A stretch of DNA of 64,000 nucleotides from Candidatus Hydrogenedentota bacterium (lineage in GTDB: Bacteria; Hydrogenedentota; Hydrogenedentia; Hydrogenedentales; SLHB01): NCBI GenBank assembly GCA_963745075.1, contig CAVUWV010000013.1:128001-192000 (forward strand), in the 5' to 3' direction. The notes beneath the pieces are model-generated. The model saw only the letters and a program-made list of their open reading frames with translations. It was not told where the DNA came from and ran no database searches. Positions 1 through 13,279 of the stretch are shown here, one piece after another. A program made the translations under genes and the position numbers. Each line of letters opens with the position of its first letter. The stretch's first letter is position 1.

Positions 1-1079
1 TCTTTCGCCTGAATCAGCGACGGATAGGAGCCCGATCCCTGTTCCGGCTCGAAGGTTTCAATGCCACGGTGGATGGGCCAGGTGGCTCCTTCGTCTTCCG
101 ACAGGTAGGCCGTGAGCAGGTGACGGCCATTGGTCGTGTCGTTGCACACGAGCACCCAATTGCCGTTCTGTAGCGCGACGGCGTCCACACTCGACCCGGG
201 GTTGGGGATGGTCAGGTGCGTCACGGGACCCCACGTCACTCCCTTGTCCTTCGACGTTGCCGTGCGAATCTTGTTGGGGACGCCATTGTCCCGCATAAAA
301 GCTACGATGTCGCCATTCCTCTTCGGCACGAAGGCAGGCTGAATGTTGCCGAGTTCATAGGTGATGATGGGCTCACTAAAAGTCCAGGTCTTTCCCCAGT
401 CCTCGGTGAACGCCGCCAGCGAGCAGTTCCACACATCCGAATACAAGCCCAACATCATCCGGTGGTCCGAACGTCATGATGGGATGAATCCGGGTCATCC
501 ATCCCAGTCGGCGCGCGAGTTTGTTCTCCACGCGTGTCTTCGATTCTGCGATTTCAGACTGCAACCGCTCGTTTTGCGCAAGGTAATCCGCGTATTTCTT
601 CTCGGCCTCCGCAACCACTTCGAGAAATTTCGGTTCCAGATTCGTGGGCCGGCAATGGATGACATCCTGCCAGTCCCACTGCGGCGGACCGTCGGCCTCG
701 TAGTGGGTCGCCGTCCGATACTTCAATAACGACCCGCCCCACTGGTTGTCCTGAACGGTGATCCAAAACAACCACAAGGTCCCGCGTGGGTCGATGAAAA
801 GGACCGGATTACAGTCCGGAAGGTCCGGCGTGTCGGCCATCACAAAGGGCTCGCTCCACGACTCTTCGCCCTTACGCTTGCGCGCCCCCTGGACCATGAC
901 ATCGTCGGCGTTCCGCTCGCCCGACCCGTGGAACCAGCACGCCAGCAAATCGCCATCCGGTGTTTCGATGATGCTTGAGCCGTGGTTATGTTGCGGGTTC
1001 GGCGGGAAGATCGAGTTCCTCGGAGAACTGCGGTTGCGCCAGGGTGACCGAGATGAATGGTGAGTGCAAGTAGCGACAT
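1..1079 (-). CDS. BNR-repeat exo-alpha-sialidase family protein; frameshifted, runs off the window start
   Basis: HNHGSSIIETPDGDLLACWFHGSGE and DCNPVLF in ORF 376..1152. Continues in another frame below ~470 (FTEDWGKTW, SKDKGVTW, SEDEGATW Asp-boxes). Probable ATG at 1079 lies in yet another frame. Confidence 0.8.
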
Positions 1080-1158
1080 GGGGTTTGATTCCTTTCTTAG
1101 AACCAAGATCAAGTCCTCGGTTTTTCCGTAGATAGTCGTGAATACCTCGCACGCAACT

Positions 1159-4429
<3,271 letters not shown>

Positions 4430-4770
4430 AGAATGAGACTCCCTTGGTCCAAACGCTGATTGCCCGCACCGAACCCGCCAAGCCGGAGACGGCCGCGTTC
4501 ACGCCCTTTCGCCCGATCGAAGGTGCGTCGGATTCCGATTCCGCGCGGGGCAAGCATTTTGGAGCATTGGTCATTAGCCTAAAGTTATATAGGAGGCGCC
4601 GATACCCGAGCAACCGCAGGTTCAGTGTGGTGCAGTGAATGCGTGAAGTTTCTAAGTCCCGGTCCTAATTCGACTTTCCCTTTCATCATCCAGTATTATC
4701 CTTTCCCCGATTTTGGCGGGTTGGCCGATCGGAGCGTTGTCGACGGCGCGCGCCGTCAGGAGGTACCCAA

Positions 4771-5376
4771 ATGTCGTCAACACGACGTGCTCTCATCAGT
4801 TGTCATGACAAGTCCGGCGTGGTGGAACTGGCTCAGTTGCTACGCGAATTCGGCGTGGAAATCGTCAGTACGGCCGGCACCTTGAATGTGTTGCAGGAAG
4901 CCGGGATCGACGCGGTGAGCATCGGGGACTACACCGGTGTCGCGGAGATGATGGATGGTCGAGTCAAGTCGTTGCACTCGAAGGTGCACGCGGGCTTGCT
5001 CGGGATCCGCGATAAAAAGCTCCACGTGGAACAACTCACGGCTGCGGGCTATCACTGGATCGACTTCTGTATCGTCAACCTTCATCCCGTTGAATCCGTC
5101 ATTCGACAGCAGGGCGTGACGATGGAAGAGGTCGTCGATCAAATCGATATCGGCGGAACCGCGATGATCCGGTCGGCCGCGAAGAATTTCCGATACGTCA
5201 CCGTGGTCGTGAATCCGGAGCGGTACACGGCGGTCATGCACGAGTTGCGCGCCCATGACGGCGAAGTGACGTACAAAATGCGGTTTCGGCTGGCCGAGGA
5301 AGCTTTTGCGCAAACCGCGCAATACGACCAGGTGATTGCAAACTATTTGCTGAGCTGCGACATGGGGGAGGAGTAG
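4771..5376 (+). CDS. purH: IMP cyclohydrolase (N-terminal MGS-like domain of PurH only)
   Basis: ALISCHDKSG, GRVKSLH, DQIDIGGTAMIRSAAKN; AGGAGG RBS. Ends at 201 aa with no AICAR transformylase domain. Confidence 0.85.
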   Translation: MSSTRRALISCHDKSGVVELAQLLREFGVEIVSTAGTLNVLQEAGIDAVSIGDYTGVAEMMDGRVKSLHSKVHAGLLGIRDKKLHVEQLTAAGYHWIDFCIVNLHPVESVIRQQGVTMEEVVDQIDIGGTAMIRSAAKNFRYVTVVVNPERYTAVMHELRAHDGEVTYKMRFRLAEEAFAQTAQYDQVIANYLLSCDMGEE

Positions 5377-5379
5377 ACC

Positions 5380-6651
5380 GTGAAGGTTCTCGTCATCGGT
5401 GGCGGGGGAAGAGAACACGCCTTGGTCTGGAAGATCGCCCAGAGCGATCGGGTCGATAAAATCTATTGTGCGCCCGGCAACCCGGGGATCGCATCGCTGG
5501 CGGAATGCGTTTCGATTAGCGCCGATGATGTCGATGCGCTGGTCGAATTCGCCAAAACGAACGCAATCGATCTCACCGTCGTCGGCCCGGAAGATCCGTT
5601 GTCCAAAGGCATCGTCGACAAGCTCGCGGCGGCGGAATTGAAAGCGTTCGGACCCAGCGGTGCCGCGGCCGAACTCGAAGCGAGCAAGGCCTTCGCCAAA
5701 GCCCTTATGCGGAAATACAACATCCCCACCTCAGAATATGCCGAGTTCACCGATGCATCGGAAGCAACCGCCTACGTCGAGCGAACGGGCGCGCCCATTG
5801 TCATCAAGGCGGACGGACTCGCCGCGGGCAAGGGTGTTACGGTCGCGCACACCGTGGAAGAGGCAGTTGCCGCGGTACAGAGCATGATGACCGAGAAGGT
5901 TTTCGGGGAAGCCGGCAACAAGGTCGTTGTCGAAGAATGTCTGTTCGGTCAGGAAGCATCGATACTTGCGTTCAGCGATGGAAAGAACGTGCTCTCCATG
6001 GCGCCAAGCCAGGACCACAAGCCGGTCTTTGACGGGGATGCCGGACCAAACACGGGGGGGATGGGTGCGTATTCACCGGCGCCAATTGTGTCCGACGCCA
6101 TGTTGGATGACGTCCATCGCACCATACTGGTCCCCTGCGTGGAAGGAATGGCGAAGGAGGGGAGGCCTTACAGAGGCGTCCTGTACGCGGGACTAATGAT
6201 TACCGATTGCGGCCCGAAGGTGATCGAATTCAATTGCCGTTTTGGAGATCCCGAAACGCAGGTTGTGCTGCCGCGGATGAAGTCGGATATCGTCCCGGCC
6301 ATGCTTGCATGTTGCGATGGTACGCTGCGGGACGTGTCACTCGAGTGGGAGCCTGGAGCGTGCGTGACGGTCGTCATGGCGTCCGGCGGATACCCGGGCT
6401 CGTATAAGAAAGGCGTCGCGATCACCGGAATCGACACGGCGGAGCAAGAAACCGGTGTCACCGTTTTTCACGCGGGGACGAAACACGACGATGGCACGTT
6501 GGTCACCAATGGCGGGCGGGTGCTGAACGTGACGGCCGTAGACGGGGATGTTCCATCGGCGATTGCGAAGGCCTATGAAGGGGTCAAGCGGATCCACTTC
6601 GATGGCGCCCAGTATCGGACCGATATCGGCAAGAAAGCCCTGACAGCGTAG
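5380..6651 (+). CDS. purD: Phosphoribosylamine--glycine ligase
   Basis: MKVLVIGGGGREHAL, KADGLAAGKGV, GPNTGGMGAY, EFNCRFGDPE. Confidence 0.97.
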   Translation: MKVLVIGGGGREHALVWKIAQSDRVDKIYCAPGNPGIASLAECVSISADDVDALVEFAKTNAIDLTVVGPEDPLSKGIVDKLAAAELKAFGPSGAAAELEASKAFAKALMRKYNIPTSEYAEFTDASEATAYVERTGAPIVIKADGLAAGKGVTVAHTVEEAVAAVQSMMTEKVFGEAGNKVVVEECLFGQEASILAFSDGKNVLSMAPSQDHKPVFDGDAGPNTGGMGAYSPAPIVSDAMLDDVHRTILVPCVEGMAKEGRPYRGVLYAGLMITDCGPKVIEFNCRFGDPETQVVLPRMKSDIVPAMLACCDGTLRDVSLEWEPGACVTVVMASGGYPGSYKKGVAITGIDTAEQETGVTVFHAGTKHDDGTLVTNGGRVLNVTAVDGDVPSAIAKAYEGVKRIHFDGAQYRTDIGKKALTA

Positions 6652-6656
6652 CGGCG

Positions 6657-7589
6657 CTATTGGTCGGAGAGATTCAGCGCGACCAGACGTTCATCATCGG
6701 GGGGCAGGCTCTTCGCCTTGAGCAGTCCACGCATGGCTTCACCCAGAACGAAGTCCGCACCACGGGCGCTGCCATTCCGGCACGACACGATCCCGACGCT
6801 CAGTTTGACCTCCGTGGGAAAACTCGGGTCTGAGAACGTCGTTCCATCCACTTCGCCCAGGATCTTCGTCGCATACAAGATGGCCTGTTCGAGCGGCGTG
6901 TGGGGCAGAATAGCCGCGAACACCGTTCCGTCATAGCGCGCCAGCACGTCGTAGGTGCGGGAATAGTTGCGCAGCGCCATACCGAGTTCCGCCAGAAGAT
7001 CATCCAGCGAGACTGGGCCCAGTTCCGCGTCGATGCCGCGGATATCGTCCACATCAAACACGACGCACGACACCGGGTAATCGTAACGGTGCGCCTCTTC
7101 GACCTCTTCCTGCAACCGTTCCAGGAGATACCGCCGATTGCGCAACCCCGTGAGATGATCGGTGTAGGCGGAATCGACGATGATGTCGTCTTCCCCGGGC
7201 AAACGGTCGCGCGTCGATTTGGAACGCATGGCGGCGTCTACCCGCACCATAACCATGGGCAAATTGTAAGGTTTCGTGATGTAGTCGGCTGCGCCCAATT
7301 CGTACCCCTTGAGGATATCTTCTTTCGAGCCTTTGACGCTGACGAAGATGACGATAATCTCATTGGATTTCGGGGACTCTTTCAGGCGTTTGCACACTTC
7401 ATAGCCGTCGATGTCCGGGAAACACACGTCGAGAAGGACGAGATCCACGCCCCCTTTCAGACACGCTTCCAAGGCCTCGGCGCCGGTATGAACGGCAAAC
7501 GCTGAGTAGCCGTTCATTTCCAATCCTTGACTTAAGACGGACGCACCTTCTTCGTTGTCGTCCGCAACGCATACGCGGTACTGTTGCAC
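6657..7589 (-). CDS. REC + degenerate GGDEF response regulator
   Basis: REC domain (ADD, LLDVCFPDIDG, DYITKP), then DHLTGLRNRR and ARYDGTVF; probable GTG start at 7589. Confidence 0.85.
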   Translation of the reverse strand: MQQYRVCVADDNEEGASVLSQGLEMNGYSAFAVHTGAEALEACLKGGVDLVLLDVCFPDIDGYEVCKRLKESPKSNEIIVIFVSVKGSKEDILKGYELGAADYITKPYNLPMVMVRVDAAMRSKSTRDRLPGEDDIIVDSAYTDHLTGLRNRRYLLERLQEEVEEAHRYDYPVSCVVFDVDDIRGIDAELGPVSLDDLLAELGMALRNYSRTYDVLARYDGTVFAAILPHTPLEQAILYATKILGEVDGTTFSDPSFPTEVKLSVGIVSCRNGSARGADFVLGEAMRGLLKAKSLPPDDERLVALNLSDQ

Positions 7590-7818
7590 GGTATTCCCCG
7601 CTCCAAATTGGTATAATCTACCCTCTGTATCGAGCCTTCCCACGAGAGTTTACCTGATATAGGGCAGAATTGGCAAATGGCGACCCGCGATCCCGTTGCG
7701 GGTTCCCTTGCGTTTGTCCCTGCAATATCTCTAAGATAGACAATAAGTTGCAACATGGATCACCCGTCGACAAGGAGCGCTGCCGCGGGAGCGTTTGCTT
7801 TCACAGGGAAGTCTGATT

Positions 7819-8259
7819 ATGAGCCAACCATTTGGTGTCCGACGGCATCGCCGACGACCGCACATCAACCTCACGTCGTTGATTGACGTGATGTTCCTGC
7901 TGCTGATCTTTTTCATGGTTTCTTCTACCTTCCGGCACGGGTTCGGGCTGGAGGTCGATTTGCCCCAAGCCGAAACGGCGTCGGAATCGCAGATGAAACC
8001 GGAAGAGATTGCGATCGACGAGCGCGGAAACTATTACTTCGCAGGGAAGCCCGTCGATGAAGACGGACTGCGTGCAGCGATCATTGACTTGCTTCAGAAG
8101 GATCCCCAGGCGACGCTGATCCTTCGCGCCGATGAAGCGGCGGACTTCGGTCGTGCCGTTACGGCAATCGATATCGCGCGGTCGGTCGGCGGCTCCAAGC
8201 TCATCATTCCAACCAAGAAACTACCGCCGACCCATCCGGCCCAGATCGAGTCCCGTTAA
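7819..8259 (+). CDS. exbD: ExbD/TolR family biopolymer transport protein
   Basis: INLTSLIDVMFLLLIFFMVSS, LILRADE. Confidence 0.9.
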   Translation: MSQPFGVRRHRRRPHINLTSLIDVMFLLLIFFMVSSTFRHGFGLEVDLPQAETASESQMKPEEIAIDERGNYYFAGKPVDEDGLRAAIIDLLQKDPQATLILRADEAADFGRAVTAIDIARSVGGSKLIIPTKKLPPTHPAQIESR

Positions 8260-9005
8260 AGTTCGTTTGCTTCCTGCCCTACCGTGTCAGGTGGAGTTCG
8301 CAAGCGTTCCAATCGGGACCGAACCGAATCCGCATACTCGCCATCGGGGAATCGCTCGATGAACGATTCCAGAACTGCCCTCGCCTTATCCGGATCGTTC
8401 AGTTTTCGCTGGTAGATCTCGAACAGCCGATTAGAAATGCGAAGCGCCTCCGCGGAAGTGCCGGTATTGCGCAACCCTTGCACGAAGAATGGAAGCGCCG
8501 ATTCCACCTCGTCCAGTTTCATGTAATTGTCGGCGGCCCGGAGCGGCGCGTGGGTATCTCGCGGGAACATGCGCGCGATGGTGGCGTACTCCCGCGCGGC
8601 CGCCTCGAAATCGCCCCGCAATTCGCATCCCGCGGCCGCTCCGTATTGGGGGACACTGGGGTCGAAGCGGCCCGCCGGCATGATCAGATCGATCACGAAG
8701 TGGGAACCAAACGACATGAGCAGCGGGCCGTAGAGCGCAAGACCCGAAGCGACCAATCCCAGCGTGCTGAACACGAGTTTGACTGGACTGTTTCCGAGGT
8801 ACATCTTCAGCAGCGTGAATTCGAATATGAAGAAAAATACCAAGGCCGCAATTGTAAACGTCTCGATAGCCCGGTCCAGCTCCACTCGATACACCAAGCG
8901 CTGGCGAAGCAGGAAGATACCCCACGTCAGGTAGGGTATGAGCAGTAGACCTGACAAAACCCACGACAGATTGAAAGTCGTAACGCCGCTATCCGCCATC
9001 GTCAT
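8256..9005 (-). CDS. Membrane protein with about 3 TM helices and C-terminal TPR-like repeats
   Basis: Hydrophobic N-terminal segments; helical repeats ending FIERFPDGEYA. Confidence 0.65.
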   Translation of the reverse strand: MTMADSGVTTFNLSWVLSGLLLIPYLTWGIFLLRQRLVYRVELDRAIETFTIAALVFFFIFEFTLLKMYLGNSPVKLVFSTLGLVASGLALYGPLLMSFGSHFVIDLIMPAGRFDPSVPQYGAAAGCELRGDFEAAAREYATIARMFPRDTHAPLRAADNYMKLDEVESALPFFVQGLRNTGTSAEALRISNRLFEIYQRKLNDPDKARAVLESFIERFPDGEYADSVRSRLERLRTPPDTVGQEANEL

Positions 9006-9305
9006 GCGGTTTTCCCGTTCTCCGAATCAACCGATAACCACCGTATTTATCTTAAACGGTAACCGGTGGGCGAATCCAGTAAATGGCGCTGATGATGCGC
9101 GAATTCCGTGACTTGTCGCACTTTTCCAGGTCGCGTAAACACCCATCGCCAGTTGACTTTGGCCAGGCGGGGTCGTATCATGACACAGCCTTGCTTTTCC
9201 GTACGAATCGTAGTCCGCGGTGGGTCGCACGACCCGTAGATATACACTGGATTCTTGTTTCTAAGTCGCTATTTACCAATATGTTGCTGGAGGATAGAGG
9301 TTTTT

Positions 9306-10589
9306 ATGAAGATTGCGGTCATTGGCGGGGGAAGTTCGTATACCCCCGAGTTGGTGGACGGGTTATTCGAGCGCCTCGAGCGTATCCCGGTTTCTGAGGT
9401 CTGGATGATGGACCCGAACCAAGAGCGGCTGGAGGTGACGGCCGGTCTCGCCGAGCGAATGTCCGAGCGGCATGGGCATCCCTTCACCGTTCATCACACC
9501 GGCGATTTGCGCGAGGCCGTGAAAGACGCCAAGTATGTGGTTACGCAGCTTCGGGTCGGCGGAATTCAAGCGCGAATCAACGACGAGAAGCTGGGACTCC
9601 GCCACGACATCATCGGCCAGGAAACGACGGGTGTGGGCGGGTTCTGCTGCGCATTGCGGACGATTCCCCGCATTCTGGACATCGCTCAAGCCATGGAGCA
9701 GTTCGCCCCCGGCGGCTATCTCGTGAATTTCACCAACCCATCCGGCATCGTCACCGAGGCGTTGGTCAAGCACAGCAAAGTTACGAGCTTCGGTCTCTGC
9801 AACATCCCCATCGGGATCATCATGGAAGTGGTGAAACACCACGACTGCAAGATGGAGGACGTGCAGTTGGATTACGTCGGGCTCAATCACCTGGCGTGGG
9901 TGCGCGGCATTACCGTCGGCGGAAAAGACATTACGGAAGCCGCCTTGAAAGGCTTTATCGAACGCGCCCACGAGGAATGGGACGATGAAGCCATTTGCGC
10001 GTGTATGATAGAAGCCATGAACAGTCTCAAGATGTTCTGCAACGGCTATTTGCAGTACTTCTACGCGACGGACGCGGCGCTCGATCGCATCAAGCGCAAA
10101 GGCAAAACCCGAGGCGAGGAAGTCGTCGAGATTGAAGCGAGTCTATTCGAGAAATACCGGCAGAAGGATCTCAGCGAGAAGCCACCTGAACTCTCCAAAC
10201 GAGGCGGGGCCCACTATTCCACCGCGGCTTTCTATCTTATCGACGCCATCGAAAACGACGCCCGGAACCGGCAGATCGTGTGTTGCCGCAACAACGGCGC
10301 CGTGCCCACGTTCGACGACGACTGCGCGGTGGAAGTGCCCTCCATTATTGGCAAGGACGGCGCCCAGGCGATTCCCCAAGCCGCGCCGCACCCCAGCATT
10401 CGTGGTCTTATGCAGAACATCAAGGCCTACGAAACCCAGACGGTGGAGGCCGCCGTCACAGGCGACCGCGAGGCCGCGTACCAGGCCCTGCTCCAGCATC
10501 CCTTGACGCCCAACGCAGTCGGATGCCGCACGTTGCTCGACGACCTTTTGGAAGTGAATCGCGAGCACTTGCAGGGTACATTCTTCTAA
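9306..10589 (+). CDS. GH4 6-phospho-beta-glucosidase
   Basis: MKIAVIGGGSSYTPEL, GQETTGVGG, NFTNPSG, GLCNIP, GLNHL, KRGGAHYS. Confidence 0.92.
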   Translation: MKIAVIGGGSSYTPELVDGLFERLERIPVSEVWMMDPNQERLEVTAGLAERMSERHGHPFTVHHTGDLREAVKDAKYVVTQLRVGGIQARINDEKLGLRHDIIGQETTGVGGFCCALRTIPRILDIAQAMEQFAPGGYLVNFTNPSGIVTEALVKHSKVTSFGLCNIPIGIIMEVVKHHDCKMEDVQLDYVGLNHLAWVRGITVGGKDITEAALKGFIERAHEEWDDEAICACMIEAMNSLKMFCNGYLQYFYATDAALDRIKRKGKTRGEEVVEIEASLFEKYRQKDLSEKPPELSKRGGAHYSTAAFYLIDAIENDARNRQIVCCRNNGAVPTFDDDCAVEVPSIIGKDGAQAIPQAAPHPSIRGLMQNIKAYETQTVEAAVTGDREAAYQALLQHPLTPNAVGCRTLLDDLLEVNREHLQGTFF

Positions 10590-10640
10590 TCGAACCGACC
10601 GACTGAAACTTGCCAGCATGTAGACAAGCGAGGTGCCGAA

Positions 10641-11531
10641 ATGACCGATGCCGTTTGCGAAACCAATCTCCCCGGACGTGCCCCCACCGCCCGCGGTAAG
10701 GTGCGCGACATCTACGACCTGGGCGACCGCCTTATCATTGTGGCGACCGACCGGATTTCTGCCTTCGACTGGATCAATCCGGTCGGGATTCCGGACAAGG
10801 GCAAGCTGCTGACGCAGATGTCTTTGTTCTGGTTCGATTTGGTCGGCGGCGTGGTGCGCAACCACCTGATCTCCGCTGACCTCTCGGATATGCCTGAAGA
10901 CTTCCAGCAGCACGCCGATCAGTTTGAGGGCCGGTCCATGCTGGTCCACAAGTGCGAGATGTTTCCAGTCGAGTTCGTGATTCGGGGGTATCTGGCAGGG
11001 AGCGGCTGGAAGGAGTATCGCAAAAACGGCACGGTGTGCGGCATCCAGTTGCCCGAGGGATTGCGCGAATCGGATCGCCTGGAGAGACCCATCTTCACGC
11101 CCGCCACCAAGGCGACCGACGGGCATGACATCAATATCCCACCGGAACAAGCCGCGGAGATCATTGGCAAAGAGTGGGCCGATGCAGCCTCCGGCGCCGC
11201 ACTCCAGGTTTACGGCCGCGCGCGGGAATATGCCGAGGAGCGAGGCGTTATTCTCTGTGATACCAAGTTTGAATTTGGCACCCTTGATGGTACCCTTGTT
11301 TTAGCTGACGAGATCCTGACGCCGGATTCGTCCCGGTTCTGGCCAGCGGACCAGTATGAGCCGGGAAAAGGTCAGCCGAGCTTCGACAAACAGTTTGTTC
11401 GCGACTGGTTAGAGACGACGGGATGGGATAAGAATTCCCCGCCGCCGCCGCTCCCCGAGGACGTCGTCGCAAAGACGCGTGAGAAATACGTCGAAGCGTA
11501 TCGGAAACTCACGGGAAAAAGGGACTTCTGA
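10641..11531 (+). CDS. purC: SAICAR synthetase
   Basis: GKVRDIY, TDRISAFD, DTKFEFG, DEILTPDSSRFW, SFDKQFVRDW. Confidence 0.97.
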   Translation: MTDAVCETNLPGRAPTARGKVRDIYDLGDRLIIVATDRISAFDWINPVGIPDKGKLLTQMSLFWFDLVGGVVRNHLISADLSDMPEDFQQHADQFEGRSMLVHKCEMFPVEFVIRGYLAGSGWKEYRKNGTVCGIQLPEGLRESDRLERPIFTPATKATDGHDINIPPEQAAEIIGKEWADAASGAALQVYGRAREYAEERGVILCDTKFEFGTLDGTLVLADEILTPDSSRFWPADQYEPGKGQPSFDKQFVRDWLETTGWDKNSPPPPLPEDVVAKTREKYVEAYRKLTGKRDF

Positions 11532-11534
11532 CCA

Positions 11535-13067
11535 ATGTACAACCCGACCGCAGCCGATGGCCACAGTGACTTGGGAGAAGAGGGGGACCCTGCTCGAGGG
11601 CCGATGGACGGCGAGCGGCTCCACGACGAGTGTGGCGTCTTTGGCGTGTTCGGTCATCCGGATGCGGCGATCCTCACCTATCTCGGGCTGTACGCGCTTC
11701 AGCACCGCGGCCAGGAAGGCGCCGGCATCGTGGTTTCGGACGGTGGTCAGCTTCGCGGGCATCGCGGGGTGGGGTTGGTCGCGGACGTATTCAAGCCGCA
11801 CCGCTTGAAGCCGTTGCAGGGCGATCTCGCCATCGGGCATGTGCGTTATTCAACCTTCGGCACGAGCGTTCTCAAGAACGTCCAACCGCTCATGCGCGAT
11901 TACAAGAAGGGGGCTATCGCACTCGGTCACAACGGTAACCTCACCAACGCCGGCCAACTCCGTGAAGAGTTAGAAAGTGAAGGCCGTATCTTTCAGTCCA
12001 CGACCGATACCGAAGTCATCATTCACTTGATCGCCAAATCGCAGGACGAAACCTTCGTCGGAAGTGTGGTGGATGCCCTCGGCAAGGTCATCGGCGCGTA
12101 TTCAATACTTGCGACGAACGGGGAGGAGATCATCGCCGCGCGCGATCCCCATGGCTTCCGTCCGTTGTGGATGGGCCGGCTCGCGGGCGCCTATGTGTTT
12201 GCCAGCGAAAGTTGCGCGCTCGACATCATCGACGCCGAACCCATCCGCGAGATCGAGCCCGGCGAAGTGGTGGTCGTGACCCGTGACGGCATCGAGTCCA
12301 TCAAACCCTTCCCTCCGGTGAAGCCGAGTTCGTGCATATTCGAATACGTTTACGTGGCCCGTCCAGACAGCGTCATTTTCGGCCGAAGCGTGGACGAGGT
12401 GCGCAAACAACTGGGGCGGAACCTGGCCAAGCGAGAACCGGTCGACGCGGACTTGGTCATGGCGGTTCCCGACTCGTCGAACCAGGTGGCTCTGGGATAC
12501 TCGCACGAGTCCGGGATTCCGTTCGACATGGGCTTCATCCGCAATCACTACGTGGGTCGCACGTTCATCGAACCTGATCAGCAGATCCGGGACTTCGGGG
12601 TCAAGATTAAATTGAATCCCGCGCGCACGGCCGTCGAGGGCAAGCGAATCGTTCTGGTCGACGACAGTATTGTGCGCGGGACCACGTCAAAGAAGATCGT
12701 CAAGATGTTACGGAAGTGCGGCGTGAAGGAAATTCATTTTCGCATCAGTTGTCCACCCATTGTCAACTCGTGCTATTACGGAATTGATACCCCGGAACGG
12801 AGCAAGCTGATTGCCCACAATATGGCCGTGGATGAGATGCGCGAATACCTGGGTGTCGACACCCTCGCGTTCCAGACCATCGAGGGAATGGTCGATGCCA
12901 CCGGCATGGATCAAGACCAATTCTGTCTCGCGTGTTTTAATAACACGTATCCCACGCCCACGCCAGACGAATTCAAACCTAAGCGCAACAACCGTCGCCA
13001 CATCGATATGAGTTCGGACCTCGCCGAAATCGGTCTTGAGATCCAGCGCATGCCTACCCACTGGTAA
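11535..13067 (+). CDS. purF: Amidophosphoribosyltransferase
   Basis: Propeptide then ECGVFG; LQHRGQE, CIFEYVY, VDDSIVRGTT, CYYGID. Confidence 0.97.
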   Translation: MYNPTAADGHSDLGEEGDPARGPMDGERLHDECGVFGVFGHPDAAILTYLGLYALQHRGQEGAGIVVSDGGQLRGHRGVGLVADVFKPHRLKPLQGDLAIGHVRYSTFGTSVLKNVQPLMRDYKKGAIALGHNGNLTNAGQLREELESEGRIFQSTTDTEVIIHLIAKSQDETFVGSVVDALGKVIGAYSILATNGEEIIAARDPHGFRPLWMGRLAGAYVFASESCALDIIDAEPIREIEPGEVVVVTRDGIESIKPFPPVKPSSCIFEYVYVARPDSVIFGRSVDEVRKQLGRNLAKREPVDADLVMAVPDSSNQVALGYSHESGIPFDMGFIRNHYVGRTFIEPDQQIRDFGVKIKLNPARTAVEGKRIVLVDDSIVRGTTSKKIVKMLRKCGVKEIHFRISCPPIVNSCYYGIDTPERSKLIAHNMAVDEMREYLGVDTLAFQTIEGMVDATGMDQDQFCLACFNNTYPTPTPDEFKPKRNNRRHIDMSSDLAEIGLEIQRMPTHW

Positions 13068-13279
13068 CCGAATTCCCCACCGAGAAGTTCTTTGCCTTTT
13101 GGGGCTCGCAGTGCCTTCTTGTATGTAATCCGTTTTATGACAATGTTTTATGACGTGCCTGCCGCCCGTCTATTCCGGCGCGCCTCCGAATTGCACTTTC
13201 CCTCCGGCACCGGCTAACCTACTTGCGTAGGGTTTGTCCGCTGGTGATATCTGCTTCCAGAAAAGGGGAGGGGTGTACC

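Noticed and set aside
4430..4770. ZMP/ZTP riboswitch upstream of purH
   Set aside because: The conserved GACTGGCG and CGCCTGGG elements were not found; only a 16-bp GC palindrome at 4742-4757 of unclear meaning.
7819..8259. Lone exbD as an unusual system
   Set aside because: Scattered exbD paralogs are common, and a partner may lie elsewhere in the genome.
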